A DNA stretch of 62,553 bases, the filler included, from Candidatus Woesearchaeota archaeon (GTDB taxonomy: Archaea; Nanobdellota; Nanobdellia; Woesearchaeales; B72-G16): assembly GCA_003650545.1 (NCBI GenBank). It is 4 parts of 4 records of this genome, joined end to end, with 100 filler letters (N's around TTAATTAATTAA, not from the genome) between each part and the next. Parts side by side here need not be neighbours in the genome. Positions count along the whole stretch, not along the records: positions 35,472 to 52,671 come from QMQO01000029.1; positions 52,772 to 62,553 come from QMQO01000039.1; 2 more parts are not named here. One strand, given 5' to 3'. Shown here in pieces: positions 47,868-58,238 of this stretch; positions within the stretch are counted from its first letter, which is position 1; every line of letters begins with the position of its first letter. The translations under genes were made by a program, and so were the position numbers. The notes under the pieces were generated by a model. It was not told where the DNA came from, did no database searches, and saw only the letters and a program-made list of their open reading frames with translations.

Positions 47868-48850
47868 ACAAAAAAAGAAATGGAAAAAGGAGTTTTTTAT
47901 TGCTCATATCTCTTATATCTATTTTGATAGCTTGTATATTTATAAGTGTTGCTGCAGCTAAAGATGACCAAGTTATATCAGACGAATGTGAAAACATAAA
48001 ACCTGGCGAATACGATAAACAGGTTATTTGTGAGCTTGAAACCTACATATTGAGCGCTAATAAAGTTATACAAGATAACACAAACAACATGATGGAAGAA
48101 GTCATAAAAAGTACTTCTTTTGAGATTTCTATCGATGAGAAGGTGAAGAACGCACACTACCTGATTTTTGCGATAGCTGGTGCAGTTATGGTTCTCTTCT
48201 TGGTGTTAACAGGCCACATGTATATTGTTTCTGCTGCAAATCCTGAAAAAAGAGAAAAAGCAAAAAGGCAATTAAAGAATATTATGATTATTCTGATAAT
48301 TGCTGGTGCGCTTATGCCTATCATATCAGTGATAAATGACCTTGGCAACACAACCAATGTTATGTTTGCTCAAACTTATAAAATTGATGAAGACTTTTTT
48401 ACGAATGTAACATTTGAATCTGAAGTGACTGATCCTGGCACATATTCTGGAAATTTAGAGAAGTTTGGCTATATGATATCTTATTCACCGCCATTTATCA
48501 AAGCTGCAAGATGGTACCTCATGTCTATGGAAGCCAGGAATGTCATACTTATCTTTTTAATAGTTATTGCTCCATTTATTTTAATTATGTTTTATTTTGA
48601 GCCCATGAAAGAGTTTGGTAAGGTCTTTGCATATCTGTTTTTGATAGAGTTGTTCCTACCCGCTATATTTATGCTCGTGCTGCATTTCACAAGCGGCAAT
48701 CTCAATGAGTTTGCAAGAATGAACCGGATTACTGCTGCACTTTATTTTTGCGTTGCTATTCATGCGATACTTGTACTTGTCGCTATTTTAAAAGCCGGTG
48801 TGAGTGCAATTCAGGATATGAAAGAGAGAGTTGCCATACAAAGCAAATAA
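47852..48850 (+). CDS. VirB6/TrbL-like polytopic membrane protein
   Basis: G.MYI.SA.NPEKR.KAK pilin-like hairpin followed by R..IL.FL..IAPF multi-TM region; position in the operon. Confidence 0.6.
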   Translation: MVVKMNKKRNGKRSFLLLISLISILIACIFISVAAAKDDQVISDECENIKPGEYDKQVICELETYILSANKVIQDNTNNMMEEVIKSTSFEISIDEKVKNAHYLIFAIAGAVMVLFLVLTGHMYIVSAANPEKREKAKRQLKNIMIILIIAGALMPIISVINDLGNTTNVMFAQTYKIDEDFFTNVTFESEVTDPGTYSGNLEKFGYMISYSPPFIKAARWYLMSMEARNVILIFLIVIAPFILIMFYFEPMKEFGKVFAYLFLIELFLPAIFMLVLHFTSGNLNEFARMNRITAALYFCVAIHAILVLVAILKAGVSAIQDMKERVAIQSK

Positions 48851-48993
48851 TTGCCAACAAAATAAACGAATAAACGCTTCATTTAATGCTTGCTGCTCAG
48901 ACAACAGCAGTATAACAATGTTGCAACACTTAGAAAATGAGGAAAATGATAGTAAATCGTATGAGCAAAAGAAAATAACCTGAAGGCGATATT

Positions 48994-49971
48994 ATGACAT
49001 ACGAAATTCCAAAAAATCTGAATCGTTATTCAGAATTATTCCTCTGGGGAATGACATTTAAGCAGTTTGGATATGCACTAATATGCATCATGGCAATAGC
49101 ATTCATTATAATGAAAGCCGTGATTTTTCCAATTTGGCTTAGGATCTCTGTATGTTTTCCAATTGCAGGTCTTGGTATATTGCTTGTGTTTTACAAACTT
49201 GATGAAAAAATCAAAGACCGCAGAAACGAACAGAAGAGTCTGCATAACACCTCTTTTAATGATAGCAAGATGGATTATTTTGTAAATGTTAAAGAGATAA
49301 CAGATAATGCGATAATCAACAAGAATGGTGCAATGGTGGCTGTGCTGCAAGTTACTCCATTGGATTTTTCGATTTTATCTGAGAATAAAAAAGAGGCTAT
49401 TTTGAATGCCTATCAACAATGGTTAAAAAGCCTAGATTACGAAACGCAAATTGTTTCAAGATCAGTCAGCTTAGACATCTCTAGATGGCTAAACAATTTG
49501 GCAGAAAAGCCAAGTGTTAAGCAGAACATGGAACATTATCGTATCTTTAGAGAATGGATGCTTGAGCAGGTTAGTAAATCAACAGTCAGAAATAGATTGT
49601 TCTATATCCTGCTACCATACTGGATGGATCTAAGCACAACAAACAAGACCTGGAAATATTGGTTCAACCTATTAATTGGAAGAGTTCCAGATACAAGAGA
49701 AAAGAGCCCTGCGTACCTCAAAGCAGTAAAAAAACTTACAGAACGCGCAGATAATTGCATGGAGTTGTTAAAACGTTGTGGTGTCGAAGTCAAAAGACTT
49801 GATAACGCTGAATTATTGGAACTTTATGCTTCATATTTCGCCAATGTTGCTAAGCTTAACAATACAACTGTCTGGCCTTCACTCTGGTTAGGAAAAGATC
49901 GGGAGGAAAAACAAAATGTTGTTTTCAAGCAAACAAAAGACGAACTTGCAAGCAAAGGATTTATGCTATAG
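48994..49971 (+). CDS. PrgI/VirB3-like protein fused to a VirB4-N/TraC-like domain
   Basis: YEIPKNL.RY.E.FLWGMTFKQF plus two TM; ..P.DF..LSE....I..Y..WL.SL....QI. Confidence 0.7.
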   Translation: MTYEIPKNLNRYSELFLWGMTFKQFGYALICIMAIAFIIMKAVIFPIWLRISVCFPIAGLGILLVFYKLDEKIKDRRNEQKSLHNTSFNDSKMDYFVNVKEITDNAIINKNGAMVAVLQVTPLDFSILSENKKEAILNAYQQWLKSLDYETQIVSRSVSLDISRWLNNLAEKPSVKQNMEHYRIFREWMLEQVSKSTVRNRLFYILLPYWMDLSTTNKTWKYWFNLLIGRVPDTREKSPAYLKAVKKLTERADNCMELLKRCGVEVKRLDNAELLELYASYFANVAKLNNTTVWPSLWLGKDREEKQNVVFKQTKDELASKGFML

Positions 49972-50653
49972 AAAGTTGAATATTGAAGATATCAAAGATG
50001 ATCTTCTCCTTTTAAGAGATGGTAGTATGTACGTCATTGTTGAGCTTGCTGGCACAAACTTTGAAAAACTTAGCGAAGAAGAAAGATTAGCTATAGAGAG
50101 TAAATATAGAATGTGGATTGAAAGTCTGACACATCCTGTTCAGATGGTTGGAAGAACTGTTAACGCCGAGTTAGACAAACAATTTTTGATGATAAAAAGC
50201 ACTATTGAGCAAAGCATAAAAGAAAAGATGAGCAACAAAAAAGAAAGGACAGACAAGAGGTTAGAACTAAAGTCCGTACTGCGCGAGTTTAAAGAGTTTA
50301 GCGAATGGTTGGAAGGTTTACTAAAGAACTGTGAAGAGACAAGACTATACTATTTAGTCATTCCATATCTGCCATACTACACTAAAAGAGAAGCCAAGAA
50401 AAAAGATAACTACGAAACTGCAAAGTTATTGCTAGAAAAAAGAAGTGGCTCTTGTATCAAGACGCTTTCTATACTTGGCTTTAAACCTCGCAGGTTAAGG
50501 ACTGTTGATATAAGCTCTCTGCTCAAATCATATTTTTGTCCTTATTTGTTCATTAATGGAGAGCGTCAGTTTATTTGCTCAGATGAATGGGCAGTCTTAT
50601 GGGACTGTTGGAAATTTCAAAATAAAAAGATGGAGGGAAAAAATGAGAGCTAA
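49916..50653 (+). CDS. Soluble paralog of the VirB4-N/TraC-like domain
   Basis: DG......NF..LSEEE...I...Y..WI.SL..P.Q...R aligns by eye with the preceding gene. Confidence 0.65.
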   Translation: MLFSSKQKTNLQAKDLCYRKLNIEDIKDDLLLLRDGSMYVIVELAGTNFEKLSEEERLAIESKYRMWIESLTHPVQMVGRTVNAELDKQFLMIKSTIEQSIKEKMSNKKERTDKRLELKSVLREFKEFSEWLEGLLKNCEETRLYYLVIPYLPYYTKREAKKKDNYETAKLLLEKRSGSCIKTLSILGFKPRRLRTVDISSLLKSYFCPYLFINGERQFICSDEWAVLWDCWKFQNKKMEGKNES

Positions 50654-52658
50654 TTTTACCGAGATTGATCTTATTGCTGATGAGCTAGCTAACATAGTCG
50701 CAACGAAGGGTGTCGTGTTACCAGAAGAGTTTGAAATGCTAGCTAAAGAACTCTCAAAAAAAGAGAAGAAGATTTTGATGAAAAAACTATTTGCAATGAA
50801 CATTGAAAAGAAAGAGGATTTATTACAGGCTAAGAGAGATGGAAGCTTTCAGACAGAATTTATAGCTAATAAGGATATATTATCTTTCTTGATTAGACCT
50901 GAATACGTTAATAGTAATCCTGATTATATACAAGTGGGAACGCAATATTTTCGCGGCATGGTCGCCACTGGTTTCCCTGCCAAAGTTAACGAGAACTGGC
51001 TTGGCAAGCTTATTCAAGAGAGAAGCAATATTGACTTTAGCATATTTATCTGGCCATCTTCTGTTCGTGCATTAGAGGTTTATCTTTCAGACGAACTCAA
51101 GAAAGTAGAGAACGATCTTTACAGTTATACAAAACGTGGTCTTCACAACCCATCTTTAGAAGCTAGGAAAAAAGAATTGCTTGAGCAGCTTGATAACCTC
51201 ATTAAAGGAACATATAAACTTTACAAAATGTCTCTATATCTGATAAGCAAGGGTACTTCACCTGAAGCAACTATGACTCTTTCTAATAGGATACTTTCTT
51301 CATTAAGAGCAGAAGGTATTGAAGCAAAACAAGCAATAAACTATCAAGAACAACTAATGAAGTCTGTTATTCCTACAGGAAGAGATTACATGCAAGGCAG
51401 ACAGATCTTCGTACCTGGTCCAGCTGCAGCTGCTGCTTTTCCATTTAGCTCTGACTACTATGCAGCAGATGAAGAAGATGGCATTTTGCTTGGATTTAAT
51501 GATAATGAGATTCCTATTGGCTTGTCTATTTGGAAATTGCCTAAGTATGTTGGCGTTATAATAGGTGCAACTGGAGCTGGGAAATCATACGCAGCAAAAG
51601 CACTTGTATTGAATGATAGGATGGTTAATGGTACTAAAATTTTCATTCTCGATCCAGAGAATGAGTACACAGAGATGTGCAAGCGCATCAAAAACTCGCA
51701 GATAATCTCGCTTGATAGAAAGTCGAAGACAATACCTAACGTGTTGTCATTGATGGGTGCTAGCTTAACTGATAAGTTGATTGCGCTTCCAAAGGTGTTG
51801 TCTGTATTATTTGAAGGTGTTACAGAGACCCAAAAACCTTTGCTCGAGAGTGCTTTAATTGAAACGTATAAACGTAAAGGCATTACTGAAGCAAATGAAA
51901 AAAGTTGGAAAAAGAAGGCGCCTAAACTCTCTGACCTTCTTAGAGTGCTAAATGCTAGAAAAAGAACTGCAACAGACCCTAACATCAGGAGCGATTACGA
52001 AGTTTTAGCTAGTAAACTTACAAGGTACACAACAGGAATATTTAAGTTTTTGAATCAAAGCCATAATAATCTAACTCTTGATTCAGACTTTGTCGTGTTT
52101 GAATTCAAGAACCTACCAGATGAAATCAGGCCTGTTATGATGATGATCTTATTAGAGTTCATCAAGACAAAATTCTTGAACGATGATGCAAAGAAGATGC
52201 TTGTTTTAGATGAAGCATGGCGCGTGCTTAAGAATAAAACAGAGGCGGACTATATTGAAAACTTTGCAAGAACATTCAGGAAATCTAACGGAGCTCTATT
52301 GTTATTGACGCAGAGTGTTGCAGAGCTGAAGGATAGTCCTGAAGGAAAAGCCTATCTGGCTAACACAGCATTCCAGTTTATCTTGAGGACTGAGGGAATT
52401 GTGTTAGATGAAACTGCAAAGTTGTTCCACCTGAATAAGACTGAGCAAGACATTATTAGGAATGCTGGCTTGGGACAGGGCATACTTATTTGGGGAGACA
52501 AACGTCATAAGATTAATGTAAAGGTGGATCCAAAAACACATGAGCTAATAACAACTCATCCAGAAGAAGTTAAAGCTAGGAAAGCTAAGGCTAACAAAAA
52601 AATGAGAAAAAAAATAAAGAAAAAAGTAAGCAAAAGAAAAAATAGGATAAGTAAATAA
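50643..52658 (+). CDS. virB4: VirB4-family T4SS ATPase
   Basis: Walker A GATGAGKS, ILDPENEY, Walker B LVLDEAW, RTFRK.NG, TQS, G.G. Start refined from 50556 (GGAGG RBS). Confidence 0.9.
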   Translation: MRANFTEIDLIADELANIVATKGVVLPEEFEMLAKELSKKEKKILMKKLFAMNIEKKEDLLQAKRDGSFQTEFIANKDILSFLIRPEYVNSNPDYIQVGTQYFRGMVATGFPAKVNENWLGKLIQERSNIDFSIFIWPSSVRALEVYLSDELKKVENDLYSYTKRGLHNPSLEARKKELLEQLDNLIKGTYKLYKMSLYLISKGTSPEATMTLSNRILSSLRAEGIEAKQAINYQEQLMKSVIPTGRDYMQGRQIFVPGPAAAAAFPFSSDYYAADEEDGILLGFNDNEIPIGLSIWKLPKYVGVIIGATGAGKSYAAKALVLNDRMVNGTKIFILDPENEYTEMCKRIKNSQIISLDRKSKTIPNVLSLMGASLTDKLIALPKVLSVLFEGVTETQKPLLESALIETYKRKGITEANEKSWKKKAPKLSDLLRVLNARKRTATDPNIRSDYEVLASKLTRYTTGIFKFLNQSHNNLTLDSDFVVFEFKNLPDEIRPVMMMILLEFIKTKFLNDDAKKMLVLDEAWRVLKNKTEADYIENFARTFRKSNGALLLLTQSVAELKDSPEGKAYLANTAFQFILRTEGIVLDETAKLFHLNKTEQDIIRNAGLGQGILIWGDKRHKINVKVDPKTHELITTHPEEVKARKAKANKKMRKKIKKKVSKRKNRISK

Positions 52659-52671
52659 AAAGGTAGATAAG

Positions 52672-52771
52672 NNNNNNNNNNNNNNNNNNNNNNNNNNNNN
52701 NNNNNNNNNNNNNNNTTAATTAATTAANNNNNNNNNNNNNNNNNNNNNNNNNNNNNNNNNNNNNNNNNNNN
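52672..52771. other. Artificial contig linker
   Basis: 44 N + TTAATTAATTAA + 44 N. Confidence 0.98.
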
Positions 52772-52772
52772 G

Positions 52773-52955
52773 AAAGTAGAACTTAAAGATAAATTAAAGA
52801 ACTTTCTAATAGATGTTTTAGACGAGATGACATTAAGGAGAGAAAAAGATGAAAATGGCAAAGAAATGCAGAAAGGTTTGTATGCGAGTTGGGCGATTTG
52901 GCAAGTTAAAGAAGAAATTTTAGGAAAAGAGGAAATAGAAAGAGAAATAGAATAA
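52773..52955 (+). CDS. Partial hypothetical phage protein (3' end)
   Basis: Open frame KVELKDKLKNFL...IEREIE* ending 1 nt before the next ATG. Confidence 0.55.
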   Translation, partial: KVELKDKLKNFLIDVLDEMTLRREKDENGKEMQKGLYASWAIWQVKEEILGKEEIEREIE

Positions 52956-52956
52956 T

Positions 52957-54309
52957 ATGAAAACACTTTATACTGATAATACAATTTTAACACAAGACAA
53001 GAAATCCACTTGTTTGCAAAGTGATGCTTCAAGTGGTTCTACAACTATTGAAGTTCAATCAATAGTTGGTTTTTCAACTAATCAAATTTTATGCATTGGA
53101 GAAATAGGAAGTGAAAAAACAGAAATTGTAAAAACCCATTCTTCAACCGCTCCCTCTGGAAATACAATTACGTTAGCAAGTGCTTTAACTTTTGACCATC
53201 CACAAGATACAAAAGTTTATATTATTGATTTTGACCAAGTAGAAATTAGTTGGGCATCAACTACAGGTGGAGATAAATCAGTTTTAGCAACAATTGATAT
53301 TCAAGCAGATCAGAAAGAAACAATTTACAAAGATACAACTAAAAGTTCAGGATATTATTTTGTAAGATTTAAAGATAGTATCAACACTCTTTATTCAGAT
53401 TATTCAGACCCAATTCCTTATTCAGGCTATGAAGATAATACAGTTTGGGCAATAAAAGATAGAGCATTAAAGGCAACAAATGAAAAGATTGGAGATTTAA
53501 TAACTCACGAATATTTAAATGAAAGTTTATGGGAAGCAAGGAGAGAATATCACAAAGCCCCAGGCAAAAGACCTTTTAGAAAAAAATTTAATGTAGATTT
53601 AGGAAATGTGACAACTGGAATGTATAAAATTGCTGTGCCTTCTGATTTAGAAAAACCCTATACTGCAGAAAATATCTTTGGCATTAGAATTGGCACAAGT
53701 GAAAATCTAAAATACTATGACAAAAAAGAATGGGACGAAGATTATAGAAATGTAGCCCATACAACTTTAGCAAGTGATTACACAGTAGGAGATACTACAA
53801 TAACTTTAACAAATTCAAGAGATTTTGATGATTCTGGCTCAATTAAAATAGGCGATGATACAATTAAGTATTCAGCAAATAATAGGTCAACTGGAGTTTT
53901 AACTATTTCAGAAGATGGAAGTTCCAATCATTCAAGTGGCGATGATGTTTGGCAAAATGTAAGTTATGGATTGCCAACAAAATATACGGTTTTTACCGAA
54001 GATGGGACGAATTATTATATTTATTTTAACAGACCAATTGATGATGATTATGAAGACCAAAACATTTGGATAGATTATTATAGAACTTTACCAACTTATG
54101 ATTCAGATGCCGATGAATTAGATGAGCCAGAATACGATATGTTTGTAAATTATTTGGCGTGGAAAATTAAAAAAAGAAAAAATGAAGGATTACAACCATT
54201 AGATGATCCAGATTATACTTTATGGTTAGCAAAAAAGAACGATGCTTTAAAGAAAGAAAGGTTGGGGCAAACGGTTAGGTTTGTGCCCGAAATAAGTCAT
54301 TTACAATAA
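52957..54309 (+). CDS. Putative head-tail adaptor / virion structural protein
   Basis: Two L.SD...G.TTI modules; G.P..Y, I..DYY, YLAWK; precedes the nozzle-like gene. Confidence 0.55.
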   Translation: MKTLYTDNTILTQDKKSTCLQSDASSGSTTIEVQSIVGFSTNQILCIGEIGSEKTEIVKTHSSTAPSGNTITLASALTFDHPQDTKVYIIDFDQVEISWASTTGGDKSVLATIDIQADQKETIYKDTTKSSGYYFVRFKDSINTLYSDYSDPIPYSGYEDNTVWAIKDRALKATNEKIGDLITHEYLNESLWEARREYHKAPGKRPFRKKFNVDLGNVTTGMYKIAVPSDLEKPYTAENIFGIRIGTSENLKYYDKKEWDEDYRNVAHTTLASDYTVGDTTITLTNSRDFDDSGSIKIGDDTIKYSANNRSTGVLTISEDGSSNHSSGDDVWQNVSYGLPTKYTVFTEDGTNYYIYFNRPIDDDYEDQNIWIDYYRTLPTYDSDADELDEPEYDMFVNYLAWKIKKRKNEGLQPLDDPDYTLWLAKKNDALKKERLGQTVRFVPEISHLQ

Positions 54310-54310
54310 A

Positions 54311-55792
54311 ATGGCAGTAAAATTAAATCCAATTGAAATAAGAAATTTAGGAACATATGGCTTAATTAGAGAAGCAAGTGTTGATGATAACTTAATTCCA
54401 GATGGAGCGGTTGTGGAAGCAAAAAATGTTCATTTTGATAGAATTGGAGCAGTAACTTTAAGATTAGGAATTTCAAATTTGCACGGAACAGTTTCAGCAG
54501 GTTATCCTTGTTTAGGAGTGCATAATGCCTTTCATTCTACCCTTTTAGTAGTTTTTTCAGATGGAACTAATAATGATATTTATTGCTATCATTATCAAGA
54601 TCCTATATATGGAACTTACTGGGGAAAATCCTTAGAAGATGATACAAAAGATGCCAAAACGAGATTTGTAGATTTTGCTGGTAGAACAATAAGGGTGAAT
54701 GGGGTTGATTCAAGTATAAGAGTTTGGACGGGAGTGGATGATGGACCAAGTTATTGGGAGTATAGCGGTGATCCAATAAATCCTCAACAATTATGGAATG
54801 ATGATGATCCTATTAAACCGAAATTTATTGAGGTTTTCAAGTCAAGAGTTTATTTAGCAGGTGATAGTAAATATCCCGATAGGTTGTTTTTTTCAACAGT
54901 TATTGATTCAAGCGGAAATATAAGTTGGTTGCTGGATACAAACTATGTAGATATTAATCCTAAAGATGGTGAAAATATAACTGCTCTTAAAAGATATTCA
55001 TTAGAATTACTTATTTTTAAACCAAATTATATTTATAGGTTTAGAACTTCAGGAGTTGATCCAGATCCTTTAATTAAAATAGGAACAAGAAGTCAAGAAT
55101 CAGTTATTGAAGGAAAGAAAGGATTGTATTTTCATCACGATACAGGATTTTATAGATATTCCGGAGGTTATCCAGTTGAAATTTCAAAGCCAATTTTGGA
55201 TTTTGTAGAAAATATTAGTTATTCAAATTACGAGGATATATGTGCTTGGAAGGATAATGACCATATTTATTGGTCGGTTGGAGATGTGACAATTAATGGA
55301 GAAACTTGGAAAAATGTAGTTTTAAGATATACAGAGTCAACTGAGGTTTGGACGGTTTATTCTTATGCCTATCGTCCTACTTGGGCGGGTGAATATGATG
55401 ATGGATATGAAATAAGAAGGATATTTGGGGCTGATAATGGAGTAGTTTATAAATTAGATGATGGTTATACTGATGATGGAGAACCGATTGGTTATTATTT
55501 TATTACGAAATGGTATGAATTGGGTAGTATTCTTGATAGAAAAGTTATTCAAGAAATTGTTGCTTTGATGGAAAAATCTCAGGCAAGTAAAGTTATGTAT
55601 CAAATAGATGATGAATCAAAATGGAAAGATTTAGGTCAAACCCAAGAATTTCTAACCTATTTTAAGAATTTAAATCAAAAATGTTATAGAATTAGATTTA
55701 AATTAGCAGGAATTTCCAGGGTTGAACCATTTATTTTTAAAGGATTTATTATTTCAGAATGTTTAAATGAAGGCAAAATTGAAAAATTATAA
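54311..55792 (+). CDS. Phage stabilisation / tail nozzle beta-propeller (P22 gp10- or T7 gp12-like)
   Basis: A.NV.FD..GA...R.G; FKSRVYLAG..PDRLFFS; DGENITAL...LLIFK; G.P.EIS.PI. Confidence 0.7.
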   Translation: MAVKLNPIEIRNLGTYGLIREASVDDNLIPDGAVVEAKNVHFDRIGAVTLRLGISNLHGTVSAGYPCLGVHNAFHSTLLVVFSDGTNNDIYCYHYQDPIYGTYWGKSLEDDTKDAKTRFVDFAGRTIRVNGVDSSIRVWTGVDDGPSYWEYSGDPINPQQLWNDDDPIKPKFIEVFKSRVYLAGDSKYPDRLFFSTVIDSSGNISWLLDTNYVDINPKDGENITALKRYSLELLIFKPNYIYRFRTSGVDPDPLIKIGTRSQESVIEGKKGLYFHHDTGFYRYSGGYPVEISKPILDFVENISYSNYEDICAWKDNDHIYWSVGDVTINGETWKNVVLRYTESTEVWTVYSYAYRPTWAGEYDDGYEIRRIFGADNGVVYKLDDGYTDDGEPIGYYFITKWYELGSILDRKVIQEIVALMEKSQASKVMYQIDDESKWKDLGQTQEFLTYFKNLNQKCYRIRFKLAGISRVEPFIFKGFIISECLNEGKIEKL

Positions 55793-55794
55793 TT

Positions 55795-56634
55795 ATGGAT
55801 ATCCTTTTAAAAGGAAAAAATATAGATATTTATAGTTATGGATTTGATAAAGGATTATACAGAAACAGAATTGTGAAAAGTCCAATAGTTTATGATATTA
55901 TACAAGACAATAAAGATGTTGCTTTAATTAACTGGAAAGAATTTGAAATAGGAAAAGAGAATGAAAAAGTATTGCAATTTAATATCAGACCAGATAAATC
56001 AGAAGTTTTAGCAGCTATAAATGGAAATTTAAAAAGAAAAGACTTTCACTGGATTACTTATTTTGAATCTTTAGATGGTTTTGAAACTTCAGGAACTGTC
56101 AATATTAGTGGAACAAATATCAATGTGACTACGGCAGCTACAGCTGACAGTGTAAGTTATATAAGGAAAAAGCCGGCTATTGGGACTGCCTCTGTTCAAT
56201 TAAGTTGGGATAAAGATAGAAGACTTGATACTACTATTACCGTTAATTCAACCACTGCTCAAGATATTTACATTATTAGTGGTTATGAGTGGGGAAATGG
56301 TATAGGATTTTATATTGAAAATAATGAGTTGTATGGTTGGAGAGGAGGAGGATTTGGAACTGTAAGTCATATTTTAGGATACTTGGGAACTGATTATACA
56401 GGAAATATTCATTTAACTGCTGAACTTATTGCTGGTAAAAAGGTAATTTTTTATGTAAATGGAGAAAAAAAGGCAGAAAGTAAAAGGAATTATCCCTCTG
56501 AAGATCCTGGAGGTGCATATTTTCCTATAGGAGATGATTACGCTCATTGGTTGATAAATTTCCGTGTTAAGACAACAGAAGATGCTGCTAAAGAGATTTC
56601 TCTTTCATATGTAGATGTTTGGCAGAGTTCATAA
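55795..56634 (+). CDS. Phage structural protein, beta-sandwich-like
   Basis: Beta-rich, FYVNGE motif, position in the module. Confidence 0.5.
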   Translation: MDILLKGKNIDIYSYGFDKGLYRNRIVKSPIVYDIIQDNKDVALINWKEFEIGKENEKVLQFNIRPDKSEVLAAINGNLKRKDFHWITYFESLDGFETSGTVNISGTNINVTTAATADSVSYIRKKPAIGTASVQLSWDKDRRLDTTITVNSTTAQDIYIISGYEWGNGIGFYIENNELYGWRGGGFGTVSHILGYLGTDYTGNIHLTAELIAGKKVIFYVNGEKKAESKRNYPSEDPGGAYFPIGDDYAHWLINFRVKTTEDAAKEISLSYVDVWQSS

Positions 56635-56653
56635 ATAGTTAAATAAAAAAACT

Positions 56654-58231
56654 ATGGCAAAAACACTTTTTGAATTATGGACACCAAAACAGAAAACGGC
56701 GTGGTATAGGGCAAGTTCAAGTGTTAAGAAGTTGCTTTCTCCTTATATCTTAAAAGCAAGTAGGGGCGAAATTCCTATTTCTGAATTTAATAAAATGGCG
56801 TGGAAATACGGGGCTGCTGATTTGATGGTGAAAGAAGAAACTCCAAAACCTAAGCCAGTTTCTACATCAAAAATAATAACATCAACTACTCCAACCATTT
56901 CTAAATCAACAACCTCTAAAAAAGTTTATACTGTTAAACGGGGTGATTCTCTTTCTACGATAGCTGCAAAATATGGAATGGATTGGAAAACTTTACACAA
57001 AGCAAATCCACAGATTAAAAATCCAAGTTTGATTTATCCTGGGCAAAAATTAGTTATTCCTACAACAAAAACTAAAAAAACAACTCCTGATCTTGATCCT
57101 AATAAAGTTTACCTTGCTTTAAATTTAAAAAATGGAGTAGTAGATAAAGTATATGGCACAAAAGAAATAGAAGGGCAGATAAGAGAGGGAAAGATTAGGT
57201 TAGCCACTCGGGCAGAGTATGAAAAGGCAAAGGATTTTCATTCAATGGCTTATAGTTTATGGAAGTCAGAAACTGGTGGAAAAGGAAGTTTTCCAGATTG
57301 GATACAAAAGAATTGGAGGCATTATGTTCTTGGCGAGCCAAAACCAAAGCCGACTACTACTAAACAAGAAAGAATTAAGCAAATTTCAGAAACTTTAAAA
57401 GAAGCAGGGAAATCAGCCAAAGATATTTCAAGAAAACTTTCTACTTTAAAGGAAGCGGAAGAAAAAGGATTGAAAATTACTCCGAAAACAACGAGCGAGG
57501 AAGCGGAAGAGTATTTAGAGAGTTTGAAAGATACAGGAACTACCACTATCACTTTACCGCCAGAATTTCAAGAATTACTTGATACTTTAAAGGATTATTT
57601 GATAGAATTACAAAAAAGAGGTAAAATACCAGCACCAAAGGATTTGACTCCAGACGAGATTGCCAAATTTCTAACTCAAGCTGAAAAGGAAATTTCTCCG
57701 TATTATGCAACCCAATTAAAATTAGCAAAGGAAGGATTTTTAAGAAGTTTAGGATATACTCAAGAAACCATTGACAGATTAACAGAAGAAGCCCAGAGAG
57801 AATAACAGCAAAATTTAAGAGCATTAGGAGAAACAATGGCAGAGAGAGGTTTTGCTGAATCAGGTATAAGAAAAAGAAGTGAAAGAGAATTGGCTTGGGA
57901 TACACAAAGACAATTAGAAGAAGCAAGAAGACGAGCATTATTTGAAACTGGGACTTTGGCAAGGCAATTTGCTCAAGAATGGGGTGAAGGAGGATTACCA
58001 AGAACTACAGAAATTCCAGCCGTTAGAAATGTAAGAGTTTTATGGGGACAACCAGTATTCCAAGAAGTAGGAAAAACCTATCTATACGAGTTAAGACCAG
58101 AGGTTTACAAAGGGCTTATTGGGGAGAAAGAATGGGAAAAGAAAGCGGCAATTCAACAAAGAAAGGCTGAATTAGTTGGAGCCGAAAGAGAAAAAAGGCA
58201 AACACAAGCATTAAGAAAATTATCTTTATAA
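56654..58231 (+). CDS. LysM-containing virion/ejection protein, interrupted by one in-frame TAA at 57803-57805 (track ORFs 56654-57805 and 57836-58231)
   Basis: YTVKRGDSLSTIAAKYG...ANPQIKNPSLIYPGQKLVIP LysM. Both ORFs share a frame, with QQNLRALGET between them. Confidence 0.7.
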
Positions 58232-58238
58232 AAAAACT

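Noticed and set aside
52658..52957. T4SS and phage genes as one integrated element
   Set aside because: Separated by an artificial linker, and gene-start style differs.
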